51,090 nt of DNA from Patescibacteria group bacterium (GTDB lineage: Bacteria > Patescibacteriota > Minisyncoccia > Moranbacterales > UBA1568): NCBI GenBank assembly GCA_038062975.1, contig JBBTWC010000017.1, positions 1 through 51,090 on the forward strand. The letters run 5' to 3'. The translations under genes were made by a program, and so were the position numbers. Below the pieces are notes generated by a model, which did no database searches, was not told where the DNA came from, and saw nothing but the letters and a program-made list of their open reading frames with translations. Positions within the stretch are counted from its first letter, which is position 1, and each line of letters opens with the position of its first letter. Shown piece after piece: positions 18,032 to 26,839 of the stretch.

Positions 18032-18232
18032 CTACGCGCGTGAAACGTTTGTAGCTGCAGGTCCTTTGTCACCGTTGACAACTTCGAAAGTGACTGCGTC
18101 ACCTTGCTGAAGTTCATCAAACTGGACGCCGTTCAATTCTGAAGAATGAAAGAAGAGATCCTTCTCCTCACCCTCACGAGAAATGAAACCAAAGTGCTTC
18201 TCGCGGACGAGAGTCTTGATTGTTCCGTTCAT
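18032..18232 (-). CDS. cspA: Cold-shock domain protein
   Basis: 66 aa, with RNP1-like KHFGFI and RNP2-like LFFHS. Confidence 0.9.
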   Translation of the reverse strand: MNGTIKTLVREKHFGFISREGEEKDLFFHSSELNGVQFDELQQGDAVTFEVVNGDKGPAATNVSRA

Positions 18233-18330
18233 AATGAATGTGTGCTTGTCTAATTACTTTGCGAAACTCGACTACTTTTCCGCGTTACCAACATTCGTAG
18301 TATAAACTACTTTCCCGATTTCTCCTAATT

Positions 18331-19842
18331 TTAAGCCTTTCTCTCCTCTCCTAACCCCAGTTTCTTGATCCGAGAGCTAATAGCCCCTCGCTTTCGGCCA
18401 AAGACCGCCATAAGACTCTTTACTGGTGTTTTCGTCCGATACAGTCGAATCAGTTCCATATCTTCTGCTTCAGTCCACTTTTGATAGGCTTTTGGCGCAA
18501 CAGGATCAGCTCCTTTTTTCTCAGTACCGCCAGAAATAATGATAAAGTTGCGGAAAAGCTCAGCCAGTCTCTCTTTGGGCATCGCCTCATAGCGTGCCTC
18601 GGCATGAAGCGAGAGATTTCGGAACTCTTCATCTTTTACTGATACTTCTGGATGTACCTCCAAGGCACGCTGATTCATTCCCAAAAGATGTACACCAGAT
18701 AAACTCCGCACCCGAGAAAGTGCTACATATCCTTGGCCGTATTCAAACGCTTGCGACAAATCAATAACTGCGGCATCCAAACTCACCCCCTGACTCTTGT
18801 GAATAGTCATCGCCCACGCCAATCGCAGTGGCAACTGAGTAACCTTGGCTACCACTTCATCGCCTTCAGCGATCGTCCACTCCATAGGCTCAGCGGTAAT
18901 ACGCTTCCCACTCTTTGTTTCAACAATAGGATACTTTCGTCCTTCTTCAAATCCAACTACTACTCCAAGGGTTCCATTTACAAAGCCCTCGCTCGGATTA
19001 TTTTTGGTAAACATAACCGCTGCACCTTCCTTCAGCTCCAGCGCCTCAGGTGAAAGGCATCCTCGTTTCAACGCATCCGTCAAAACCTCTGGTCCACGAC
19101 GAGCCATGACAAAGGAACGCTGTTTCCCAGGAAGTCGCTTCAGTTCAGTTGCATTGATAGCATCGACATCTACATTCTTTGGAAACAACCTCGTCGTATC
19201 ATCCGGGAGCTCTTCTTTGGTTACCAAGCGCTCGCGAATTGTTTCAAAATGATCTTCATCACAAGCGCTCTTACGGATAGCAGTCAGCACTTCCAAGAAT
19301 CGACTATCATCTTGGCGATACTGTTCAGAAAGATAGCAAACGGTCGGCGAAAGAGACTGCCAGGCTTCAGAATCAAAAGCAAACTGTACCGGTCGACCCT
19401 GAGAGGCTACCGGCGGAAGCTGAAAAAAGTCTCCCACCAAAATAACCTGTAGACCTCCAAAAGGTAACGTTGCTTTTCGTACTTTCCGACAAACCCGTTC
19501 CACGAGTGAAAGCACGTTGCCATCAAGCATCGATATTTCGTCGATAATAAGCACTTTCGCTTTTTTGATACGTTTTGCCACAAAAGAATTTTCTCCCAAA
19601 TGCTTCAAATCATCTTCACTCAGCTCGCTCGCAATACCAATACCACTCCACGAATGAATCGTCATGCCCCCGATATGTGTCGCCGCAATACCCGTGGATG
19701 CAGTCACCGCAAAATCAATCTTCTGTTCACGAAGATATTCAGTATAACGATTAATAGTATGTGTCTTTCCAGAACCAGCTTCACCGGTCAGAAAAACACT
19801 GGCACCCGTTTTCAATATAACGAGCGCTTGATCTTGAGTCAT
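18331..19842 (-). CDS. PIF1/RecD-like SF1B DNA helicase with C-terminal HTH tail
   Basis: Walker A is GEAGSGKTH and Walker B is LIIDEISML. Also seen: GDFFQLPPV, TIHKSQG, and a basic helical C-terminus. Confidence 0.85.
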   Translation of the reverse strand: MTQDQALVILKTGASVFLTGEAGSGKTHTINRYTEYLREQKIDFAVTASTGIAATHIGGMTIHSWSGIGIASELSEDDLKHLGENSFVAKRIKKAKVLIIDEISMLDGNVLSLVERVCRKVRKATLPFGGLQVILVGDFFQLPPVASQGRPVQFAFDSEAWQSLSPTVCYLSEQYRQDDSRFLEVLTAIRKSACDEDHFETIRERLVTKEELPDDTTRLFPKNVDVDAINATELKRLPGKQRSFVMARRGPEVLTDALKRGCLSPEALELKEGAAVMFTKNNPSEGFVNGTLGVVVGFEEGRKYPIVETKSGKRITAEPMEWTIAEGDEVVAKVTQLPLRLAWAMTIHKSQGVSLDAAVIDLSQAFEYGQGYVALSRVRSLSGVHLLGMNQRALEVHPEVSVKDEEFRNLSLHAEARYEAMPKERLAELFRNFIIISGGTEKKGADPVAPKAYQKWTEAEDMELIRLYRTKTPVKSLMAVFGRKRGAISSRIKKLGLGEERKA

Positions 19843-19854
19843 TGCGGTCTATGT

Positions 19855-20097
19855 CTATGAATGTATGAGAGCGAGTTTTTGAGCTCGCGTGAGACGCTTT
19901 ATCCTCGCCTCTTCCTTAGAAGCCAGGGAACGCGTCTGATACTCTCTTGAGTATACCAAAACCGCTGGCGTCCGTCCCCGGACGTATTTTGCTCCTAAGG
20001 CAGATGCGTTATGCTCCCCCACGCGTCTCTCAAGATCAGTGGTAATTCCCGTATACAACGTATCATCAGCACAACGGAGAATATAGACAAAATACAT
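19855..20097 (-). CDS. Stand-alone GIY-YIG nuclease-domain protein (YhbQ-like)
   Basis: MYFVYILRCADDTLYTGITTDLERRVGEHN. Confidence 0.85.
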   Translation of the reverse strand: MYFVYILRCADDTLYTGITTDLERRVGEHNASALGAKYVRGRTPAVLVYSREYQTRSLASKEEARIKRLTRAQKLALIHS

Positions 20098-20102
20098 AGA
20101 TT

Positions 20103-20363
20103 CTATTTATCTTTCCAATTCCACCACTTCAACTTCTCTGGGTCGTGCTTCTTGTGTTCCACAAAGTACACAGCACCACGGAAGACGTACAGCATACAAC
20201 GATCAATATGTTGCCCGCGCAATTTGCACAGCTTATCATACAACTTCTCAGGATTCTTTCCCTTCAGACAGCTTGGTCGATCAATCCCCAGGTCTCGCAA
20301 ATCCTGCGCGATACTTTTTCCAACACCCGGGATACTTTGTAATCCTCGTTCTTCTTTTTTCAT
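20103..20363 (-). CDS. Small helix-hairpin-helix DNA-binding protein
   Basis: LQSIPGVGKSIAQDLRDLGI is an HhH motif. The protein is 86 aa. Confidence 0.65.
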   Translation of the reverse strand: MKKEERGLQSIPGVGKSIAQDLRDLGIDRPSCLKGKNPEKLYDKLCKLRGQHIDRCMLYVFRGAVYFVEHKKHDPEKLKWWNWKDK

Positions 20364-20364
20364 A

Positions 20365-20664
20365 CTACAGAATGCGAAACGTTACACTTACTACATCGCC
20401 ATCAAATATTCCCTCAGCTTTGCGTACAGCAGCCTTCAGAGCAATCAAATACTTTTTCTCTTTAGTCGGAAACAGTGTTGTCTTCCAGGTAGTTTTCCTA
20501 ACCGTTACTTCTACTGGGACATATCGAAACCCTACTGTCTTTACCACATTCTTTCGTACCTCCTCTGCCATCTTAGAATCCACATACACAAAATACCAGC
20601 TTGCCGGCTCTACCGTATATTTCCATACCTTTCCCCTGAGTTTGAAAATCTTCTTTACAGCCAT
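20365..20664 (-). CDS. DUF1905-like protein
   Basis: The start is taken at MAVKK. WYFVYVDSKMAEEV...VEVTVRKTTWKTTLFP resembles the DUF1905 beta-barrel family. Confidence 0.55.
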   Translation of the reverse strand: MAVKKIFKLRGKVWKYTVEPASWYFVYVDSKMAEEVRKNVVKTVGFRYVPVEVTVRKTTWKTTLFPTKEKKYLIALKAAVRKAEGIFDGDVVSVTFRIL

Positions 20665-20671
20665 ACTCGTA

Positions 20672-20890
20672 TTATAAAATTTCAAATACCTTCTTTTTCC
20701 CAGTCGCACCAGAACGTAGTACTATCTGCGACTTCGGAATTTTCAAAAACCGAGAAAGAATTTTGATGAGCGCAATATTTGCTTTCCCCTCTACTGGAGA
20801 TGCCTTTACGGAAACTACAAAATGCGTCTCGTCTATCTTTTGCACAGCTTCTTCGCGTGCGTTCGTCTTAGCGGTTACGAAAATTCTCAT
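20672..20890 (-). CDS. DUF167 / YggU-like protein
   Basis: VSVKASPVEGKANIALIKILSRFLKIPKSQIVLRSGATGKKKVFEI matches the conserved YggU core. Confidence 0.75.
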   Translation of the reverse strand: MRIFVTAKTNAREEAVQKIDETHFVVSVKASPVEGKANIALIKILSRFLKIPKSQIVLRSGATGKKKVFEIL

Positions 20891-20941
20891 ATATTTCACA
20901 CAAAGTTCCTAAGAAAAGCATAGCACAGCTCGTTTCTGGGT

Positions 20942-20972
20942 AAAAAAAGACGACCACTTAGAGGCGGGTCGT
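20942..20972 (-). terminator. Rho-independent terminator of the 21431..21008 gene pair
   Basis: Minus strand reads ACGACC, an 11-nt loop, GGTCGT, then CTTTTTTT. Confidence 0.6.
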
Positions 20973-21007
20973 AAAAGCTTCAGTTGAAGCGGCCTTGGGA
21001 AAATAGT

Positions 21008-21397
21008 TCACGAGTAGAGTGGGTCGAGCGGATGCCGGACTTTATATTTGTAAACGGTGTAACCAGAAAGCGTGTCCAGACCGATCGGAAGAACTTCTTG
21101 TTCTATAAACTCAAATCCGTATCCGCCATGCATCATCCGCTTGAAGTCATCCGAAAAGATCGGCTGAACCTCGCCTTCTCGCCACGCATGGCCATCGGAA
21201 ACGAAGACTTGCGGAGGTTCTCCGAGACAAATCATTTGCGTAAGCATGTTCATAAAGCCAAAAAACTCAGGAGTGGCCTTAACATCTGATCCGTGAGGCA
21301 GGCTTTGGTGCATGACGCTCGCAAAAGCCTCTCTCGCCTCGTCACTCCTCCACAACGGCAGGCCGAGGAGGCAAAAAGCGCGAACAGGGATTATCAT
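21008..21397 (-). CDS. Orphan hypothetical protein (129 aa), paralog family member B
   Basis: A strong RBS, AAGGAGGAGGTGAG, lies directly upstream. Family motifs are RAFCLLGLPLW and GEPPQVFVSDGH. Confidence 0.65.
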   Translation of the reverse strand: MIIPVRAFCLLGLPLWRSDEAREAFASVMHQSLPHGSDVKATPEFFGFMNMLTQMICLGEPPQVFVSDGHAWREGEVQPIFSDDFKRMMHGGYGFEFIEQEVLPIGLDTLSGYTVYKYKVRHPLDPLYS

Positions 21398-21430
21398 CTC
21401 ACCTCCTCCTTTTCTTTGGTGCGTGTGAAG

Positions 21431-21907
21431 TTAGACTCTCTGCCCAGTCAGCCCACGCCGAAGGCGCGAGAAAAATCCAGGCCCTGTTGGTTTGCAGTAC
21501 GCCGTGTTCGGAACAACGGCAAAGTAGCCAAGTGATCCAAACATGAAAAAGTCGGGAAAGGACCTCTCTCCGGGTTGCACGGCGATTTGCATTTCCTGAA
21601 GCGCCAGAATCTCCGTCTCTTCGAAAATGAGCTCGAGAGTCTTGCGCGACAGGATACTCGAATAGTCGTAGTCAAACAGCACAAAGTCCGTCACGAAAAA
21701 TTTCGGGATAATGCCTTGGGTAATATCTTCCGCTAGGACCGAGTCGATCGCCGGCATCTGCCGAACGAAAACCGGGGCGATACTTTGCCCGAGGTGCTTC
21801 TCCAGAAATCCACGGAGTTGAATCCGTAGCTCCCGGCTCTGCCATGCATCATCCCCCAAAAGGCAGATGACGCGGAGTGGCGCTTGGCCACTTTGTACCG
21901 TTTCCAT
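21431..21907 (-). CDS. Orphan hypothetical protein (158 aa), paralog family member C
   Basis: GGAGAAAGG lies upstream. Family motifs are RVICLLGDDAW and GIIPKFFVTDFV. It lies 33 nt upstream of member B on the same strand. Confidence 0.6.
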   Translation of the reverse strand: METVQSGQAPLRVICLLGDDAWQSRELRIQLRGFLEKHLGQSIAPVFVRQMPAIDSVLAEDITQGIIPKFFVTDFVLFDYDYSSILSRKTLELIFEETEILALQEMQIAVQPGERSFPDFFMFGSLGYFAVVPNTAYCKPTGPGFFSRLRRGLTGQRV

Positions 21908-21980
21908 CTGCCTTTCTCCATCTCGGGGTTGTTAAGCAACAATATATCAAGATGTCACAAAAAAAGACCCTCGTCAAAGC

Positions 21981-22262
21981 CTAAGCCAAAAAGAGGGAAA
22001 TCACGTACAAAGTGGCTATATTTTGAAGAATCACCACGGGAATACCAACAATGAAATACCATTTCCGTGTCTTGTGCCGAAAGGCCAGCATCCCCAGATA
22101 CACCCCAATACTTCCAAACATCACCGCCATGAAAAAAAGCATTCCTTCGGATATCCGCTCCGCTCCCGCTACCCGTGACCGAGACTTATCCCACAACATT
22201 ACCAAAAACGTTGCAAGATTAATTGCAAGAAAAATAGCTAGTAAAATAATCTGGATATTCAT
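21981..22262 (-). CDS. DUF1294 membrane protein
   Basis: The start is taken at MNIQII. LWDKSRSRVAGAERISEGMLFFMAVMFGSIGVYLGMLAFRHKTRKWYF is the DUF1294 core. Confidence 0.8.
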   Translation of the reverse strand: MNIQIILLAIFLAINLATFLVMLWDKSRSRVAGAERISEGMLFFMAVMFGSIGVYLGMLAFRHKTRKWYFIVGIPVVILQNIATLYVISLFLA

Positions 22263-22304
22263 ACTAAAATAAAATTTAGCATTAGCATCAATAAGCACCA
22301 TTCT

Positions 22305-24629
22305 TTACTTATTTTGACTTACTTGCGGGGCTTTTTGATAAAGATTTTTCTGAAAAGAAAAGAATGTTGAACGAATTTCCTCTACGCTACCCAAGGACTG
22401 CTCTGCATTTGCAATAGCATGATATTTCAGATTAAGAAGTACCGGGAGCTTCTCTTCTCCTAACTCTTCTACACCCTTCTCTTTATACTTTGACAATATG
22501 AAATCCAAAAACTCCTTATTTTCATCATCAGCTCCTTCAAAAATCTTTTCTTTAGTACTTTCTACTCTTTCTTCTCTTGTAACAGTAGGCGTCAAGAAAG
22601 AAATGTACGAAAGCACATCCAAGAGATCGCACTGCTCTGCATCAATAACTTTCTGCAATTGCTCCAAATCATTCTTCTGATATCCAGCATCAGCCAATTT
22701 ATCAAATAATATCTGCCTCTCTACCGGGTCTGACCATATTTTTCGCAGCTCTTCTTCAGAGCTAAAAAACTCTGGCATCACACCTATTAAGTTATCCATA
22801 AACTCCTGAATAGACAGAGGCTTACCATCCGCACTCCAAAAAGAGGTTGAAATCATGTGCTGAATTTCTCGTTCTTTTCCGTCTCGTAGTTTAATCTTCA
22901 GTCTTTGCGGTCGCTCGACCGGATCCTCTGAAGGTACAGAAATTGGCTTATCAACAATGCCCATAGGTTTGACAGCCTTAGGTTCTCCGGCAACTTCAAT
23001 CACCTCTGCTGCATCACCATCCCATTCTGGATCAGCAAAGTGATGATAAGCATCCACAAAGTCATAAATGGTAAAATATTCCTTCCCGTCAAACAGTCTT
23101 GTGCCGCGCCCAATAATCTGCTTGAACTCAATCATGGAATTCACCAGGCGCATCAGAACTATATTCCGCACATTCCTTGCATCTACACCCGTAGAGAGCT
23201 TCTGCGAAGTTGTTAAAATAGTTGGGATAGTCTTTTCGTTGTCCTGAAATTCTCGGAGGTATTCCTCTCCCCTCGCCCCATCGTTTGCTGTCACCCTTAC
23301 ACAGTATTTAGGATTTTTACTTTTACTCATCTGATTAACCAGATCTCGTACCAATGCTGCGTGCCCCTGATTAGCGCAGAAAATAATTGTCTTTTCATCT
23401 TGGTTAATATCATCCAATACAATACGAACGCGCTTAGCCTCTCGTTCTGTTATGACAATCGTGCGATTAAAATCACCTTCCTCATATATTTTTCCTTCTT
23501 CTACCTCTCCTTCTATAATCTGATCATCGCTAGTATACACATAATCATCCAGTGTAGTCTGAATACGCTTCACTTTGAATGGAGTCAGGAACCCATCATT
23601 GACGCCTTGCTTGAGAGAATAAGTATAGACTGGCTCACCAAAATATTTGTAAGTATCTACATTATCTTGCCGCTTTGGAGTGGCTGTGAGACCGAGCTGT
23701 ACCGCTGGTGAGAAATACTCAAGGATTTTCCGCCAATTCCCCTCATCATTGGCCCCTCCGCGATGACACTCGTCTATAATAATCAGATCAAAAAAATCAG
23801 CTGGATATTCACCAAAATACGGCGAACCGTTAGTCCCGCTCATAAAAGTTTGGAAGATGGTGAAAAATACACTCCCGCCCATAGGTACGCTACCAGTCCT
23901 ACGGATATCAAGTGGGTTGATACGCACTAGAGCATCCTGTGGAAATGAGGAAAATGAATTGAAAGCCTGGTCAGCCAGGATATTGCGGTCAGCCAGGAAA
24001 AGTATTCTCGGTCGACGGCTCCCATCTCGATTCAGATTCCAACGTGAATGAAAGAGCTTCCAAACTATCTGAAAAGCCACTGCCGTCTTGCCGGTCCCCG
24101 TCGCCATAGTAAGGAGTATCCGATCTTTTTCTTCTGCCACAGCAGAAAGGACATTATTGATAGCAATTTCCTGATAGTAACGCTTACCTATCTCCCCTTC
24201 GGGCATGACAGAGGCAAATTTCTCCTTCCATTCATTCTGGTCTGAGTAGGTCTTGCGCCACAGCTCCTCAGGCGTTGGAAATTTCTCTATATCACTCTCC
24301 TTGCCACTTTTCATGGACATCTCGTAGATATCTCTGCCATTAGTAGCATAGGTATAGTCAATCTGCAGTTTTTCGGCATAGGCCTTTGCCTGCATCACTC
24401 CCTCACTCACCAGCAACCCCTCCTGTTTAGCCTCTATCACGGCCATCTTCTGGTTCTTATAGACAAGAATATAGTCAGCTATTTCTGGTCGTGAGCGAAT
24501 CCCGCCTGGATTGATCTTGCCATCAGTAATACGAAACTCCCGAAGAACCTTGGATTCCTCGACTTCTCCCCAACCACTAGCCTTGAGCTTAGGGTCTATG
24601 TATTCTGCTCGTGTTTCTGCTTCATTCAT
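22305..24629 (-). CDS. hsdR: Type I restriction enzyme R subunit (EcoEI-like short HsdR)
   Basis: HsdR_N start MNEAETRAEYIDPKLKASGWG. Helicase motifs are MATGTGKTAVAF, IIDECHRG and TATPKR. The C-terminal tail is helical. Confidence 0.93.
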   Translation of the reverse strand: MNEAETRAEYIDPKLKASGWGEVEESKVLREFRITDGKINPGGIRSRPEIADYILVYKNQKMAVIEAKQEGLLVSEGVMQAKAYAEKLQIDYTYATNGRDIYEMSMKSGKESDIEKFPTPEELWRKTYSDQNEWKEKFASVMPEGEIGKRYYQEIAINNVLSAVAEEKDRILLTMATGTGKTAVAFQIVWKLFHSRWNLNRDGSRRPRILFLADRNILADQAFNSFSSFPQDALVRINPLDIRRTGSVPMGGSVFFTIFQTFMSGTNGSPYFGEYPADFFDLIIIDECHRGGANDEGNWRKILEYFSPAVQLGLTATPKRQDNVDTYKYFGEPVYTYSLKQGVNDGFLTPFKVKRIQTTLDDYVYTSDDQIIEGEVEEGKIYEEGDFNRTIVITEREAKRVRIVLDDINQDEKTIIFCANQGHAALVRDLVNQMSKSKNPKYCVRVTANDGARGEEYLREFQDNEKTIPTILTTSQKLSTGVDARNVRNIVLMRLVNSMIEFKQIIGRGTRLFDGKEYFTIYDFVDAYHHFADPEWDGDAAEVIEVAGEPKAVKPMGIVDKPISVPSEDPVERPQRLKIKLRDGKEREIQHMISTSFWSADGKPLSIQEFMDNLIGVMPEFFSSEEELRKIWSDPVERQILFDKLADAGYQKNDLEQLQKVIDAEQCDLLDVLSYISFLTPTVTREERVESTKEKIFEGADDENKEFLDFILSKYKEKGVEELGEEKLPVLLNLKYHAIANAEQSLGSVEEIRSTFFSFQKNLYQKAPQVSQNK

Positions 24630-24641
24630 AGGTTTATCATA

Positions 24642-25778
24642 TTACAGTTCTCCAGCAAAAGCTTTTTGGAGAACGGACTTCTTGAGCTCTTCTAAATCTA
24701 CCAATTTTTGTTTGTAGATAGCTTCTAGATTTTTAGTTTCAGCGGATAAAGCGTCCAGCTTTTTGACAATGACTTTTTGATCAGGCACTGACGGAAAAGA
24801 AATTCTAATACTTCTGATGATAGGCATATTCAGACCACGCCTATCATTACCCGCATCTCCAGTTAATTTCCTTATCTCTTGATAACGACTATTTAGAGCT
24901 TGATAGAGATATTCTGGTAGCAGCTCTTCTATTTTTTTAGGATAAATACTAACTAAAGACTGATTACAGGTAGCTTTCACTCTTAACAAAGCTACTGATC
25001 CTCTTGTTTTTCCTTGACCATTAAGAGCGATTAAAACAGAATTAATCGGAAGAAATTTAGCATTAGAACTTTCATATCCCTCTTTTGTAATTCTCCCTTC
25101 ACAATCAAATATCTCTTTCTTGTGAATATCTCCAGAAACAAGCCATTTGATCTTTCCATTTTGAAAATATTCCAAATGACCCCTACTAGGAGTACCTCCT
25201 GTCATAAGATCACACACTTCACCTATAGACTTAGAACTCCAATCTTTTTTTGAATCCAGAAAAATACTTTGTGCATACGACTCAAAAAGCTCGCGAGAAT
25301 TTTTTATTTGCTGTTCAGTAATTCTCTTCAACTCTTCAATCTGAGCAAACTTCTCATCCAAAATCTTTACGGTCCTTTTTTGTTCTGCAAGTAGTGGAAT
25401 TGGAACTTGAATCTCTTTCAACAATCTATAATGTCTTGCATAACCCAACTGCTTAAAAGTGACACTCTGTAGAAAGTAGAAGAAAAATTTCGAATCAATA
25501 CCATCTTTTGTTTGTAATATCTTTACTCCATCTGCACCTAAAACAAAATCAAAATCTATATACTTAAGGATCTGCGTGTGATCACCGAAAATTATCACTG
25601 GTTTTTTCACCAAGAATAAGTCTCTCTTATCATTCCAATAGCCATTTATAGTCCCTATCTCCTGTGAGACTACTGGGAATTCTCCCGATTCCAAAAAGTT
25701 CTTACGCTGAATCTTATTCGTGTAAGTTAGTTTAGTCAAACAGTCCTCAAAATCTCTTAATTGCCAGCTTGTTCTCAT
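24642..25778 (-). CDS. hsdS: Type I R-M specificity subunit (two target-recognition domains)
   Basis: Two repeated TRD halves are separated by helical spacers (LAEQKRTVKILDEKFAQIEEL and the C-terminal KKLDALSAETKNLEAIYKQKLVDLEELKKSVLQKAF). Confidence 0.88.
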   Translation of the reverse strand: MRTSWQLRDFEDCLTKLTYTNKIQRKNFLESGEFPVVSQEIGTINGYWNDKRDLFLVKKPVIIFGDHTQILKYIDFDFVLGADGVKILQTKDGIDSKFFFYFLQSVTFKQLGYARHYRLLKEIQVPIPLLAEQKRTVKILDEKFAQIEELKRITEQQIKNSRELFESYAQSIFLDSKKDWSSKSIGEVCDLMTGGTPSRGHLEYFQNGKIKWLVSGDIHKKEIFDCEGRITKEGYESSNAKFLPINSVLIALNGQGKTRGSVALLRVKATCNQSLVSIYPKKIEELLPEYLYQALNSRYQEIRKLTGDAGNDRRGLNMPIIRSIRISFPSVPDQKVIVKKLDALSAETKNLEAIYKQKLVDLEELKKSVLQKAFAGEL

Positions 25779-26839
25779 ATTTTAGATGAATCACTCCCCT
25801 GATCTGTTTCTTTGTCTTCGATAAAGCTACTCTTCTCTTCAAGCGCTAAAATTTCCTGATCGAGATTAATACGATCTTCTTCTTTGGGCCAGATATAGTC
25901 ACCCACCTGTTTCCATATTTCTATGTCAAACTTTTCACTTTTATCTTGAAGATGGTTAAGATAAAATTTATTTATATCGGAGTCACTTGCAATCCAATTA
26001 ACTTGTTGATTATTAAGCAACGCTGTAACTAAGCCAGCTAATTGTTCATCAGAAAAACTAGCATATTTATTTAGTCTACTGATTATCCCGTGGGTTGATA
26101 AAAAGTTTTCAGAATTAATTAAATCTTCTATTAAACTATTTTTCTCTTCTTCTATTTTAAATTCAATTTTAATATCATGTTCGGTAAAAAAACTTGTTAA
26201 TCTATGATAAAAATAAATTTCACTAGTCTTTTTTTTATGCCACTCATCAACAAGATAGTCTTTCAATTCATCTTTATTTATTGCACTTGAGTAATCACCG
26301 TCAGTACTCACTATAATAAAATCACCTTCTTCTGTAACTTCAGCCAATAAACTCTCCCAATTTATTTCATCACCGAAGCTACGGTCTTTCTTCCCTGGAG
26401 GACGACCTAATCTATGCCTCTCGACAGCTAAGTGCAGGTATTTATCTGATTCAATTAAAATACTTTTTTCTTTTAATGTTTCAATAACTATATCCGCCTT
26501 AAGCTGCTTACTTTGAATATCATTATTAATTGTTTTACTAAGTTTTGATTTCAACCCATTAAGTACCTTCTGAGCCCTATTGATATCAGCATATTCTTTA
26601 TAACTTTTACAAAAAACTGGCATAGGTACTGCTGATGTGTATTCAGTAAATTTTTTATAAGCCTGACCAAGCCTATTGTCACGATTTTTCATGACTTCGT
26701 GTTGAACCTGAGTCGTAAGAAACAATTTAATGTCACCAGAATCAATCAAGTCTGCTAACTTATTTAATTGATCTAAATCTTCATCATGAAAATCATAAAA
26801 ATTCAGAAGTATATTTGAATCTAAAAAGAGTAATTTCAT
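25775..26839 (-). CDS. PIN-like (DUF4935-like) predicted nuclease embedded in the type I R-M operon
   Basis: ATGA overlaps occur at both ends (25775-25778 with hsdS, 26836-26839 with hsdM). The N-terminal acidic pattern is FLDSN, QVQHEV, FGDEINWE, VSTDGD. The PIN call is motif-level only. Confidence 0.6.
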   Translation of the reverse strand: MKLLFLDSNILLNFYDFHDEDLDQLNKLADLIDSGDIKLFLTTQVQHEVMKNRDNRLGQAYKKFTEYTSAVPMPVFCKSYKEYADINRAQKVLNGLKSKLSKTINNDIQSKQLKADIVIETLKEKSILIESDKYLHLAVERHRLGRPPGKKDRSFGDEINWESLLAEVTEEGDFIIVSTDGDYSSAINKDELKDYLVDEWHKKKTSEIYFYHRLTSFFTEHDIKIEFKIEEEKNSLIEDLINSENFLSTHGIISRLNKYASFSDEQLAGLVTALLNNQQVNWIASDSDINKFYLNHLQDKSEKFDIEIWKQVGDYIWPKEEDRINLDQEILALEEKSSFIEDKETDQGSDSSKI

